Part shown: in pieces, positions 24,578-36,539 of the stretch
How the letters are laid out: each line of letters opens with the position of its first letter
Numbering within the stretch: position 1 is the first letter of the stretch
NCBI RefSeq assembly: GCF_035594765.1
Contig: NC_085845.1
Span: 169,958,897-170,022,896 of the forward strand
DNA from: Anolis carolinensis
Lineage: Eukaryota
DNA length: 64,000 nt
Direction of reading: 5' to 3'
Notes under the pieces: model-generated
Databases searched by the model: none
Told to the model about the DNA's origin: nothing
The model's input: the letters and a program-made list of their open reading frames with translations, nothing else
Translations under genes and position numbers: made by a program

Positions 24578-24911
24578 CTAAAAATGGACGGGGTAAGAAG
24601 ATAAGTAGCTATAGGAATTGCAGCAATTGCTGCAATTAGAGAAAAAATACAAGTCTAGAGGAAGTGACATTGCAATCATGCTTATAGGGTTTAGCACAGC
24701 ATACATTTTCTTTGTAAGAAATCAGCAGCTTCAAACAGTCTCTGATCACACTTCCCCCACCAAAATTTATCTATGATCCACTATTTCCTAATGATCACCT
24801 TGCAATCTGAAAATAGCACCCACTGTTTGTTAACTGAATATACATTTCTAAAACAAATAACAATCCACTACAGAGAAACAATTAGCCTCACAGTGACTAT
24901 GGCAAGCAAAA

Positions 24912-24962
<51 letters not shown>
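24912..24962 (+). repeat. (CAT)n microsatellite
   Basis: Direct reading. Confidence 0.95.
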
Positions 24963-25566
24963 TATTTCTTACCCGCCTCTCCTCATGGCTCAAGGCAGAT
25001 CATAGAAGTCAAAACACACAAACATTACAAAAATTCTATAATTCTATATAACTTGCTAAACAAAGCATTTGATGACCACTTCTAACGTTTTTTTCTAAGT
25101 AGCCACTTGTTGTATAAAACTATCTTTGTGTTATATATCTTCTGGAAGACATTTCTGAATATTACTTTCAATTTTTAATAACTGGCCATGATAAATTATG
25201 AAAACTCAACTATCAACAGAAAGGGGAAATTATGCTTGTAAAAATGGATTATTAGTGTGCACTCATACTATTTCCAGCATTTGATACAACATGATCAGCT
25301 ATTCCTCCTGAGTAATAAAACTTGACCAATTAAACTACGGCAATTCACAGACCTCTTTTGGGAAAAGTTAATAAATAAATAATCTTTTGTACACAAAAGG
25401 TATTAAAAGACACGTGGTAATTGCTGAGCTACAAAGTGACGGCTTACTAGAGTTAGAAAATCATGCTAGACATTACAATATTCCTGCAAGAGTTCCTCAG
25501 ATATTTAAATGGTCATTCAGATATTCAGGAAGGTGTATGAATAAATAAACTGTAAGGGTACATTAC

Positions 25567-25753
25567 CTGAGCCCTCTTTGTGTCACTAGGGAGAAGCAAG
25601 CTACCCGTCTCTTTGTTAAAAGTTCGTGTTTTTGTTTTTACAGGCTCATTTGTTTCCCTATAAAGTTTCACAGGAGGCTGTTTGAAAGCTCTTTGGACTA
25701 AGTTAAAAATACCCACAGAAAGAGCCACATCTTTTCCCAGATATAAGTTCAAC
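25567..25753 (-). CDS. XRCC6: XRCC6 coding exon 6
   Basis: [62 protein letters not shown]. 187 bp. Confidence 0.96.
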
Positions 25754-26047
25754 CTGTATAAAATCAGGAAATACAGGTTTAAGCTTTCTAAATCTCACAT
25801 TGCATATCAATTTCCACTTAACAGTATAAACACAGCTTTCCATAAAACATTCTATAGTTAGCACATTTCTTTCTATACCCACCTCAGAACTTTTATTTAA
25901 AAATGTGTTGTAACCCGCCTCTAGCCTCAGGTAGTGGCGGGTAAGAAATTAAATAATTATAGTTATTGTTATTATTATTATTACTATTAAAAAGGATTTT
26001 CCCGCCTTTCTAAGAGAATAAGAATTTAGGTTTTTCTTGATATTCAC

Positions 26048-26231
26048 CTTCCTAAAGCTCGCTTCCTTGTCTCTTTTGATCGTACTTTCTTCATAAGGTC
26101 TGCTAGCTTGCTGGACTCATCAAAGTGGACTCCCAAGTCCTCATCCTCTGCTGTATTAATGATGTCCCTGTAGAACAGGGAGATATCAAATCCTCCTGGC
26201 TTCCTCAGGTGCATTAAGTCAAGGTATATAC
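26048..26231 (-). CDS. XRCC6: XRCC6 coding exon 5
   Basis: [61 protein letters not shown]. 184 bp. Confidence 0.96.
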
Positions 26232-27044
26232 CTAGAGTCAAGCAAAATTGGGGGAAAGTAATTGTCTGCTTTTAATATTAGGAACTACACATTATCATTC
26301 TTTCTATTTTTAATATTAAAACCATGTGCTATATTGCTCATATAGCTAAAACGTCATCATCCACAAAGTAAATTTTAGCAGGCTTAGAAATATTCAGTAG
26401 GAATTCCTTCTATCATCTAATAAAGACTAAGTGTGTTCATTGGAATGTTGACTAATTTCTTGCACTGGGAATAGCAGGTGGAAACCTAAACGTAAAGTAC
26501 ATCTTATTGCAATGTCTTGTTGAGGGTTCCACTTATTTTACAGGTTTTGTGCATACAAGTTTTAACATTATCCAACTAAAGGGTCAATGAAATAAGCATG
26601 AAACAACTGGTGTGGGCTGAATCTTGGTTATTAATGATGGAACACTGTACATATGAAAACATGTCTATCTATCACTTCCCTTTCTGCACTACATTCCAGC
26701 TGAATTCTTAAGAAAAAGAGGAACCTTTTCTAAAATGCTCATGGATTTCTTCCCTTATTGACACAATGCTTGGATGAGAATGAGATAAAAATGCAAATGA
26801 AATTAACATTCTACTTTATCTCTATTTCTATCCCCACTAAAAAAAACAAGCAAGCAATGGAACATATTTGAGGGAGTTCCGGTCTTCAATTTCAAGAATC
26901 GAAGAGAATGAAGCACGGAAGGGGATCTATTGCAAATGGAGCACAAAATTCATGTCCAGATGGTAGCTTCCTGTTTCCCACTTATTATTGCTATAAAAAA
27001 AACTTCACAATAGTTCTTAACAAATTGCATTCAGAGCCAGTTTC

Positions 27045-28640
27045 ATTTATTTATTTATTTTGTGTCAAAAGCATTGCATAATAAATAAGTTTAAAAGTGA
27101 TAAAATAAAGGAATCAGAAACAGCAAAATAGTTTTGAACCAAAAGCGGGCAACAGCAATCGCATTGTCCGTAGCTTTAAACAACTCCTCCTCTGTGCATG
27201 AGGCAGGGTATTGTGGGCAAGCATACATATGAGTAGTTGTTTGTTCAGCTCCACAGTCACACAAGGTGGAATATTCCTCCAGGTAGTGCCATCTTACTAG
27301 GTTGTCTTTTGATCTGCCCACTCCGCTTTTCAATCTGTTTAGGGACTTCCAAGTTGCCCATTCCTGGTTTGCCCCTGGATACAGACCCTCATGGGGGGCC
27401 GTCCAGTTGGAGTTGCCTGGTTTAGCTGCCCAGAGGGACACCCTTGCTGTTGCTGGGGGGACATCAAGAGGAGTGGTGGTTCTCATGAAGCCCTTCCTTG
27501 ATTTGAGTCTGGTGGGAGGAGGGTGATAGTCATGCAGTGGTTGGCTTTCACAATGTTCGACCTTTTTCTCTCTCACAGTTAGCAACAACTTCCTGTCGCA
27601 CGTCGGGGGGCAATGCCAGCTAGCTTATAGAGTTTATCAACAGGTGTAGGTTTAAGGCATCCTGTGATTATTCTACATGTTTCATTCAGTGCTATGTCCA
27701 CCTGCTTTGCATGGGCAGACTTGTGCCAAACAGGACAGGTGTACTCTGCAGTTGAGAAAGACAAGGGCAGAGCTGATGTTCTTACTACTTGTGGGTCTGC
27801 ACCCCATGCACTGCCAGTCAGTTTCCGCAGGATGTTATTGCCTGCAGCAACTTTGTGCTTGGTGTTCATGCAGTGTTTCCTATATGTTAGTGTTCGGTCT
27901 AAGGTGACACCAAGGTATTTAGGATGGAAACAGTGTTCGAGCTCTTGGCCTTCCCAAGTAACTTTCAGTTTCCTGTTGGCTTCACAGTTACGTAGGTGGA
28001 AAGCACACACTTGTGTCTTGGAAAGGTTAGGCTTCAGGTGGTTGTCTTTGTAGTAGCTGGAGAGATCTTTCAAGGCATTAGTGAGCTGGTTTTCAACTGT
28101 TTCAAAATCTTTTGCTTGTGTTGTAAGGCCAAGGTCATCAGCATATATAAAGCTCTTTGTGAGTGGTGGTTGTGGCTGATCGTTCATGAAGATGTTAAAC
28201 AAGGTCGGTGCAAGAACGCTTCCTTGTGGTGAACCATTCTTTTGCCTCCTCCATCTACTTTTCCTGCCCTGAAACTCCACATAGAAGCTGCTGTTTTCCA
28301 GGAGGGTCTGGACAGTTTTTTTAAAGTCAGAGTCCTGGGTAATATGGTAGACTTTATGCAGCATTTTTCTATGTTGCACCGTGTCATAGGCTGCCGTAAG
28401 GTCCACAAAAACTGTTCCCGTAATGCAGCCTTTCTCATAGCCTTCCTCGATATGCTCAGTCAGATGAAGAATTTGACCTGTATAGTGTTTCCCTGGTCTG
28501 AAACCTGCTTGTTGTGCAATAAGCTTAGGTTCAATGACAGGTCCTAATCGATTTAATAGCATCCTCTCATAGACTTTATATAGATGACATAAGAGGGAGA
28601 TTGGTCGGTAGTTCCTGGCATTGGAGGCATCTTTACCAGT
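27045..28640 (-). mobile_element. Vingi (ingi-related) non-LTR retrotransposon, 5'-truncated, in an XRCC6 intron
   Basis: RT motifs YRPISLL, QQAGFRPGK, FVDLTAAYDTV, PQGSVLAPTLF, YADDL, KYLGVTLDR; C-terminal CDCGAEQTTTHMYAC zinc knuckle; (TAAA)n tail. Confidence 0.85.
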
Positions 28641-28939
28641 TTTGCAAAGATGAGATTGATGTTTGATGTGATGAAAAAGGCATGATCTTTAATAAAGGTT
28701 ATTGTCATTGTTGTGTGCCTTTATGTCATGTCTGATTTACAAACCTATCATGGGGTTTTCTTGGAAAGAGCTGTTCAAAAGGGATTGAGGCTAAGAGAAT
28801 GTGATTTGGTCAAAGTCTTCTAGTGGGTTTCTGAGACCAAACAAGAATTCAAACTGGTGTTCAGAGGTGTAGTTCAACACTCAAACAACTGCATCATGCT
28901 TGCTCCATTTATACTTCACCTCTAATGTGAAATACTAAC

Positions 28940-29194
28940 CTGTGTCTCGGAGGTCTGTAGCTTTAGTCCTAGCAAATTTAGCTTTACTGCTGTCTTGACC
29001 ATGAGGATTATCTTCATTGGTGAACAGCATAATCCTCTTGTGGCTCATCTTGAGGCGGACATCACTGAAGAGATTGGAGCAAACCCAGAGGGCCTCACCT
29101 AATGAGTAGTTGGTACTATGGCCAAATGATTTGCTGAAGAGAGCCTTCCCCTGTTCTCCCTTGTACTTTCCCAGTTCCAAAACTCGTTTGGCCC
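28940..29194 (-). CDS. XRCC6: XRCC6 coding exon 4 (vWA domain)
   Basis: [16 protein letters not shown]...[31 protein letters not shown]...DLRDT. 255 bp. Confidence 0.96.
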
Positions 29195-29544
29195 CTAGTG
29201 ATATGCAAGAAAAATGAAAATACTTATGACTGGTTCTTTGCTCTGTCCTAAAGAAAATGCTAATAACATAAAATGGCTAAATTTCTGTTCAAAGTCAGAC
29301 TGGAGCAAACCATGAAGAGATTAAAGCACATCCAGAGCACCTCACCTAATAAGTAATTGATACTACAAAATCATGAACAGAAGTTGTAATCTGCTGATCA
29401 TTTTAGGAGTTGTCTATAATATTTTGTTTCCAATTTGGGAAACCAATCAACTTCTCAACACAGGAGCTTTCGGTGCAATCAAGTGCTAATTGTTTCTTAG
29501 CTTTTGAATAAATGTAGCTCAAAAATGGAAACGTCTGAAATTAA

Positions 29545-29695
29545 AGGTAATGGCACTCCATGAAGTCATGCCAGCCACATGACTTTGGAGGTGTCTACGG
29601 ACAATGCTGGCTCTTCAGCTTAGAAATGGAGATGAGCACCAACCCTCGAGTCAGACACGACTAGACTTAATGTCAGGGGAAAACCTTTACCTTTT
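29545..29695 (+). mobile_element. Sauria-type SINE 3' half
   Basis: Same family. Confidence 0.8.
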
Positions 29696-29961
29696 ACATG
29701 CTTCATTTAATGTCACTAAAGTATCATCTTTTAACATCAGCAAAATGGAAATTGAATGGGGAAACCTTGAAATGACTTGTCATATTCTTTAAAACTTGAT
29801 GCTCTGTATATTTTTTCTGTGCAAAATTACTTCTAAATATTTATCAAATTAATGTTGCTAAATAATTATGATATACTAGCTATATAGTAGATACTATACA
29901 GAAAATACTATACAGAAAATACAACAGGCTCCCTGATAAAAGGACTTGGTCTCTCTTTTAC

Positions 29962-30100
29962 CTGGATTGTCCAAATCCTGAAGAACATATATATGCTTAA
30001 AATCCACCGAATTTTTGTATTGCTCTGTACCATAAAACACAACGCCAACAAGGTCCCTGTCGTGGCTGATGATCTTGTTTGTGTACACATTTTGGATGCA
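29962..30100 (-). CDS. XRCC6: XRCC6 coding exon 3
   Basis: [46 protein letters not shown]. 139 bp. Confidence 0.96.
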
Positions 30101-31098
30101 CTAATAAGAAAAGACAAGTCAGCTAGGAAAAAGAAGGAAAAGGCCACTTTTTTACACTTTTTTACATTGCCTCATACTTTAAAGAGATGAGTGAAATTCG
30201 AATTTTTAGAGTTATGCTAAGGACTATACTGTGTTAATCTTTATAGGTTAGCTAAAAAAATCAAGCTACCAAAATGTATTGTACCAAGAGATCATTGTCA
30301 GTATTGTCAACATTAGGGGTAGGAAAGTAGCATTCCACACGACTCTCCTTCATCTTGCCCTAATGTATGACCTTTTAGGGCACAACTGCTGTACAATCAT
30401 AAGGGTGGAGGATATTGTTATAACTGCAGACAGAAAAGCAGTATAAAGCTTTTTGAATTTGGGCTCAGAAAATCATCTGATACAACTCTTCCTCTAAACT
30501 TCAAACTCAATGAGTCTTAAATCTATGTAAGACTGCAATCCAATCCACACTTACTTGAGATTAAGCTATAATGAGTTTGATTCCTACAGGGATTTCAAAT
30601 TATGAAAATTTATAGAGTGGGTTGGTTATTGCTTAGGAACTTACCCATTACCACAGTATTTAAGAATTCTTAATACAACATTAGGTGACATACGCTTTAC
30701 TTTTAAAAAATACTTCTGCTCTCCAATGACTAAACTACAACACTGAGTCCCAATTTGAGGGGAAAGGCAAGGTATAAAAACTTAACAGCAACATGGGGAA
30801 GGATGGAATTTTCAAGCACTCAAACTCACACAAGTGAGCAGAAAAACAACTATTTCCAAAGGCTTTCAATATCTTTACATATATATTTCTCCATTTAAAG
30901 ACACGTTCACCACATTAAATCTTTGTGCATTTCACAGAAAATTATAAGAAAGCAACATTTGACTCTACAGCAAAAATCATGCTAATAGTAATTGAGCTAT
31001 ATCAAAATAATAGATCATAAAAATGTACTGTCAGTGTATTCTGCTTCAAAAACTTCAAAATGTAAAATCAGCATTAAGTTTCTGAAAAGCTATATTAC

Positions 31099-31220
31099 CT
31101 GGATTGTCATATCAAAAGGAGTCAAATCATCATCATCATCATGATCAAAGGAATCAAACATGGCTTTTGATGCATCCACTAAGAAAAGCAAAGTGTCCCG
31201 ACCTGAATATTTATATTCTC
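31099..31220 (-). CDS. XRCC6: XRCC6 coding exon 2
   Basis: [40 protein letters not shown]. 122 bp. Confidence 0.95.
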
Positions 31221-31990
31221 CTATAAAGGAAGAAAATATCAAATGTTTTATATATCTTCCTTTTTATTAAATTCTTGTATTTAACATGCTTTAACAATAA
31301 TTTCAGTGCTCATCAAACTATGCAATAAATTGCTCTAATAGAAAGGGTATGCTTTTATGTATGAATCTACTGAGGAATGAATACAGTGTATGATTTTGCT
31401 CAACAATTAAACAATTCGCCTGCAATGTAGAGTTTTGGAAGCAACGAAAGCAGGGCTTGCAGGGCTGGGCACAAGAAAAATAGTCTGGACAGCAAGTGGG
31501 GCAGGGGAGAAAGGATCTGTGATGCAGGAGGATGACATTGCTACTGCTGCTGTTGTTTCCAGCAGCTCAAAACTTTAATTTCCCTACATTTCTCAGGAGG
31601 AGAAAAGAGGAGGAAAAGCAACAAAATGCCGCAGAGTCCCTCACTATCACCTGCGGAGCCCCAAGGGCTTCACGGAGCACAATCTGAAAACCCCATGTAT
31701 TACAGAGTTCAAGTTTCCTGTACCGGTGGCCAAAGTCCTAAAAAAGTGACAAACACTGTGTTTTGCATTTATATATGGCAAAGTGCTGGCTTACCTGTAC
31801 TAGTACCTTGGAAGTTTCAATATTAAAGTGACAGGATAATTGGAAGCAAATTGACTTCAATAGAATTCAATATTCACACGTTACAAATTAATAGCATATG
31901 CATGCCCTTAATGTTAATACTTAAAAAAAAACACATTCCTGGTCTGTGACCATAATAAAATTCATTCATGCCTTTAAGATTGATTCTTAC

Positions 31991-32069
31991 CTATTGTTTC
32001 AACTTCTTCATCTTGTTCCTCCCCTTCCTCCTCATCCTCATTTTTGTAATATGATACCCAGTTTGACAT
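31991..32069 (-). CDS. XRCC6: XRCC6 coding exon 1
   Basis: accATG MSNWVSYYKNEDEEEGEEQDEEVETI-G|gtaaga. Acceptor at 32085 leaves 15 nt of 5'UTR. Summed CDS 1845 bp = 614 aa plus stop. Confidence 0.94.
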
Positions 32070-32690
32070 GGTTCTCAAGCCTTGCTAAGGAGAATAAATG
32101 GAGCAAGTACTGTAAGTATTCCAACAAGTCAAAAGTGAATAACAGGAGATTCTAGACATTCCCACAAATTATAGTTATGAGAATATAAACAATGAGAAAT
32201 GTGGAACATGACCATAGAATAACATTAGAAAATCTTGAGAGCTTTCTCTCTAGAAATGTATTGGTCCTCTTGGATGACAAGAGGAAGTTGACCCTAGAGT
32301 CACATTGGAGGACCTCGAGATTTTTAGAGAGTTGTTCTTTCAGATTAAAAATAGAAGACATTTCTTTATGTTTTTTCCACTTTCACTGGAGCCCTGGGAC
32401 CCTAACTCCAGAAAATGTGGAGGGCTGGTTGTACGGCTACCCTTTATATACTGACATAAATGTGAAGAAACAATGTTTAGCATAAAGACACATATTCATA
32501 ACAGATGTTCTCCAAATTGTGCAAACAAAACCTTGTGAATTTATTTTTGCATTCATATTAAACATAAGGCTCACTGGCCAAATGAAGCCGGGTCTATGAG
32601 GTCAGAAACAACTTTGAGGGCGTATTGCCACCACAACAGCAGTGGTGATCACTTTTTCAAGACTTGTAAGGGGACTTAACTATTCCCATT

Positions 32691-33825
32691 TCATAGAATC
32701 ATAGAATAGTAGAGTTGGAAGAGACCACATGGGCCATCCAGTCCAACCCCCTGCTAAGAAGCAGGAAATAGCATTCAAAGCACCCCCGACAGATGGCCAT
32801 CCAGCCTCTGCTTAAAAGCCTCCAAAGAAGGAGCCTCCACCACGGCCCTGGGGAGAGAGTTCCACTGTCGAACAGCTCTCACAGTGAGGAAGTTCTTCCT
32901 GGTGTTCAGGTGGAATCTCCTTTCCTGTAGTTTGAAGCCATTGTTCCGTGTCCTAGTCTGCAGGGCAGCAGAAAACAAGCTTGCTCCTTCCTCCCTGACT
33001 TCCCTTCACGTATTTGTACACGGCTATCATGTCTCCTCTCAGCCTTCTCTTCTGCAGGCTAAACATGCCCAGCTCTTTAAGCCGCTCCTCATAGGGCTTG
33101 TTCTCCAGACCCTTAATCATTTTAGTCGCCCTCCTCTGGACGCTTTCCAGCTTGTCAACATCTCCCTTCAACTGTGGTGCCCAAAATTGGACACAGTATT
33201 CCAGGTGTGGTCTGACCAAGGCAGAATAGAGGGGGAGCATAACTTCCCTGGATCTAGACGCTATTCCCCTATTGATGCAGGCCAGAATCCCATTGGCTTT
33301 TTTAGCAGCCGCATCACATTGTTGGCTCATGTTTAACTTGTTGTCCACAAGGACTCCAAGGTCTTTTTCGCACACACTGCTGTCAAGCCAGGCGTCCCCC
33401 ATTCTGTATCTTTGATTTCCATTTTTTCTGCCGAAGTGAAGTATCTTGCATTTGTCCCTGTTGAACTTCATTTTGTTAGTTTTGGCCCATCTCTCTAGTC
33501 TGTCAAGATCGTTTTGAATTCTGCTCCTGTCTTCTGGAGTGTTAGCTATCCCTCCCAGTTTTGTGTCATCTGCAAACTTGATGATCGTGCCTTCTAACCC
33601 TTCGTCTAAGTCGTTAATAAAGATGTTGAACAGAACCGGGCCCAGGACGGAGCCCTGCGGCACTCCACTTGTCACTTCTTTCCATGATGAAGACGACGCA
33701 TTGGTGAGCACCCTTTGGGTTCGTTCGCTTAGCCAATTACAGATCCACCTAACCGTAGTTTTGTCTAGCCCACATTTTACTAGTTTGTTTGCCAGAAGGT
33801 CGTGGGGGACTTTGTCGAAGGCCTT
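32691..33825 (-). mobile_element. CR1 LINE, 5'-truncated, young
   Basis: KAFDKVPH...[20 protein letters not shown]...[10 protein letters not shown] motifs; long open frame with one frameshift near 33000; intact 3' tail. Confidence 0.95.
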
Positions 33826-33864
33826 ACATGTCGAAGGCATTTGTACATATTTAATGGGTTTTAC

Positions 33865-34326
33865 AGCATATATGCCCGGCATTGCCCGGATACCGGTATG
33901 TATTTTCTTTGTGGTGCTTTCTTTCCTTCCTCCATTTCCCTCAGACAACTTCGCCTTCTTTTTTTTCTTTCCTTTCTCTTTTCTCCTTTTTATTTCTTCC
34001 CTCCCTTCCATGATATTTTTTTTCCTTCTTTCTTTCCTCCCTTCCCCTCATAGGCTTCATCTACCAACAACCAATCCACTTCACTCCCTTTCTTCCCCAG
34101 TCACATGTCAAAGGGCCACTTCACCTAGCCACAGCAAATCCACTTTCTTTCTTTTTCTTTCCCTCCCCTCTGGGCCCAAAAGGAATGTGTTTTAGTTCAA
34201 AGCCTTCCATTCTTTTCGGTTGGAGAATGAAGAGCATGCATGCCAAGTTTGGTCCAGATCCATTAAGACACGAAGAAGCCTTTGTGGTACAAACTAACAA
34301 AGATGCATAATATTTTATATACATAG
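33865..34326 (-). mobile_element. Degenerate Helitron-like non-autonomous element
   Basis: cccggcattgcccgg end motif at one side and ...ttttatatacatag at the other; pyrimidine-rich filler. Confidence 0.45.
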
Positions 34327-34339
34327 TTACATATTGATC

Positions 34340-34630
34340 GGAGCCCCCGGTGGTGCAACGGGTTAAACCCTTGCGCCAACAGGACTGCTGACTTGAAGGC
34401 TGGGTTGCTGACCTGAAGGTTTCCAGTTCAAATCCAACCCAGAGAGAGTGTGGATAAGCTCCCTCTGTCAGCTCCAGCTCCATACGGGGACATGAGAGAA
34501 GCCTCCCACAAGGATGGTAAAAAAATACCAAACATTTGGGCATCTCCTGGGCAACGTCCTTGCAGACGGCCAATTCTCTTACACCAGAAGCGACTTGCAG
34601 TTTCTTAAGTCACTCCTGACACGAGAAAAA
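34340..34630 (+). mobile_element. tRNA-derived SINE, second family
   Basis: A/B-box head; ends ctcctgacacg(A)n; further copies at 35560-35845 (+) and 54790-55052 (-). Confidence 0.8.
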
Positions 34631-34949
34631 ATATATACTGATTTTCCAAGGTATCCAAACCATGTGGAATACGAAACATGCATTAACACACATGTGGGCC
34701 TACTCCAGTGAAATACCAAAGCTCCTTTAGTTCTCCTTTTGAATATCAAAGAACTTCTCAGGAAATCATTTCCAAAGGGACCAGAATGTTGTCCTTCTGC
34801 TGGCAGGATAAGCCACGTTTTGAAAACAAAAAGCTTTAAACAAAGGGCAGGTTGAAGCTGTATTTTTTAAACTGAATTCTTAGGAATTTTTAAAATTACA
34901 TTGTGTTCCTTTACTCAAGTAAACACTGTGTTAAGACTGTAATAAGTTT

Positions 34950-35115
34950 GGGTTGCTGTCAGTTTTCTGGGCTGTATGGCCATGTTCCAGAAGCATTCTC
35001 TCCTGACTTTCCACCCACATCTGTCAGGAGAGAATGCTTCTGGAACATGGCCATACAGCCCGGAAAACTGACAGCAACCCAAGTGATTCCGGCCATGAAA
35101 GCCTTCGACAATACA
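34950..35115. mobile_element. Palindromic mini Penelope-like element
   Basis: About 58-bp near-perfect inverted arms plus a terminal tail; flanking direct repeat actgtaataagttt / actgtaatacgttt. Confidence 0.8.
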
Positions 35116-35383
35116 CTGTAATACGTTTAATTCTAACATCTGCTTTATTGTATGCTTCCATTGGTGTTGTTACAGTATTGTGTACTGTGAGCAGCTTTCA
35201 GACCCAAATTTGGGGGACCGTGAGATACAAATTACTTATTACATTTGAATATTCCACAAATATTGGAATAGTGATAAACAACAACAATAATAATAGTAGT
35301 ATTTAGCCGCTTCCCAGCCCGCTTTGAGGAGCCCCCGTTTTCCCCAAACCCACCGCTGCCCAACATCGAGCTTGGAAAGTTAC

Positions 35384-35520
35384 CTGCCAGTCTCCCGCCA
35401 AAGCCAGTCAACCCCTTTCCGCGCCTCCTCGTGTGCCACTACCGGAACTAAGGGGATTGGTTGTCAATCACTAGACACCGCCCCTCAGCCCACAGTGGTC
35501 CAATCAGGGCGGGAGACAAG
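35384..35520 (-). promoter_or_regulatory. XRCC6: Putative XRCC6 non-coding exon 1 and core promoter
   Basis: Minus-strand donor CAG|gtaact at 35384; small CpG cluster; ETS motif CCGGAA; CCAAT/ATTGG boxes; GC boxes. Confidence 0.65.
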
Positions 35521-35559
35521 GTTAGAACACGCAGGGGAAAGAAAGCCACTCACAAAACA

Positions 35560-35845
35560 GGGACGCAATGGGTTAAACCCTTGTGCCGGCAAAACTGCTG
35601 ATTTGAAGGTTGGATTGCTGACCTGAAGGTTGCCGGTTTGAATCCAACCTGGGGAGAGGGCGGATGAGCTCCCTCTGTCAGCTCCAGCTCCCGATGTAGG
35701 GACATAAGAGAAACTTCCCACAAGGATGGTTAAAGAACATCAAACATCCGGGCGTCCCTTGGGCAACGTCCTTGCAGACGGCCAATTCTCTCACACCAGA
35801 AACGACTTGCAGTTTCTCAAGTCGCTCCTGACACCAAAACAAAAC
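35560..35845 (+). mobile_element. tRNA-derived SINE, second family, between the XRCC6 and DESI1 promoters
   Basis: High similarity to 34340-34630. Confidence 0.8.
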
Positions 35846-35849
35846 AGGT

Positions 35850-36367
35850 AAATTCCAGACAGGAAATAATGAGGATCAGCGAACACCTCTCAACAAAGGA
35901 TTCACCCAGGCAGGAAGCAGCCACGCTTTGAAGCTGCAAGGCCATTCAATGCTAATCAAGGTAAATCTGACTACCAGTATTTAAAAAACTGAAATAAAGA
36001 ACAACACTCAGAAAAGAGGAGGAATTCCAGTCATTTCAGAGGAGGGCCAGCTAACACCTCCCAACAAAGGAATTCCCCAGGCAGGAAGCAGCCAGGCTTT
36101 GAAGCTGCAAGGCTATTCAATGCTAATCATTGGATTCACACATTCACACTTGCCTCAGACAGACAATTGTTCTTTCTCCCATCATGAACATTCCACAGAT
36201 ATATAAACCTCGCCTGCCTAGTTTCCAACAGACCTCACAACCTCTGAGGATGCCTGCCATCGATGCAGGTGAAACATCAGGAGAGAATGCTTCTGGAACA
36301 TGGCCATACCGCCCGGAAAACTCACAGCAACCCAGTGATTCAGGCCATGAAAGCCTTCGACAACACT
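35850..36367 (+). mobile_element. Penelope-like pLTR fragment(s)
   Basis: Same pLTR family; internal partial duplication; hammerhead-like core at 36241-36281. Confidence 0.82.
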
Positions 36368-36539
36368 ATGGTTCCACTTTAACTGCCATGAATGAATCCC
36401 ATTGAATTCTGGGGATTGTAGTTCAGTAAGGCACTGGAACGCTCATCACCAAAGCCCTACGAAGTTGCCATAGCAATCAAAATACCGTTATACCGCTATA
36501 ACCTCCTGGTGTGAAAGGCCCTTATTAACAGTTTCCTAT

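Noticed and set aside
27664-28547. Plus-strand ORFs of 76-129 aa
   Set aside because: Antisense shadows of the Vingi RT. The same applies to ORFs opposite CR1 and BovB.
33826-34011. Lys-rich N-terminus of the 352-aa ORF as a novel RT fusion
   Set aside because: Low-complexity purine tract abutting a truncated CR1. The RT lacks its N-terminal motifs and is frameshifted downstream.
34340-34440. tRNA genes suggested by A/B boxes
   Set aside because: These are SINE heads and no complete cloverleaf is evident.
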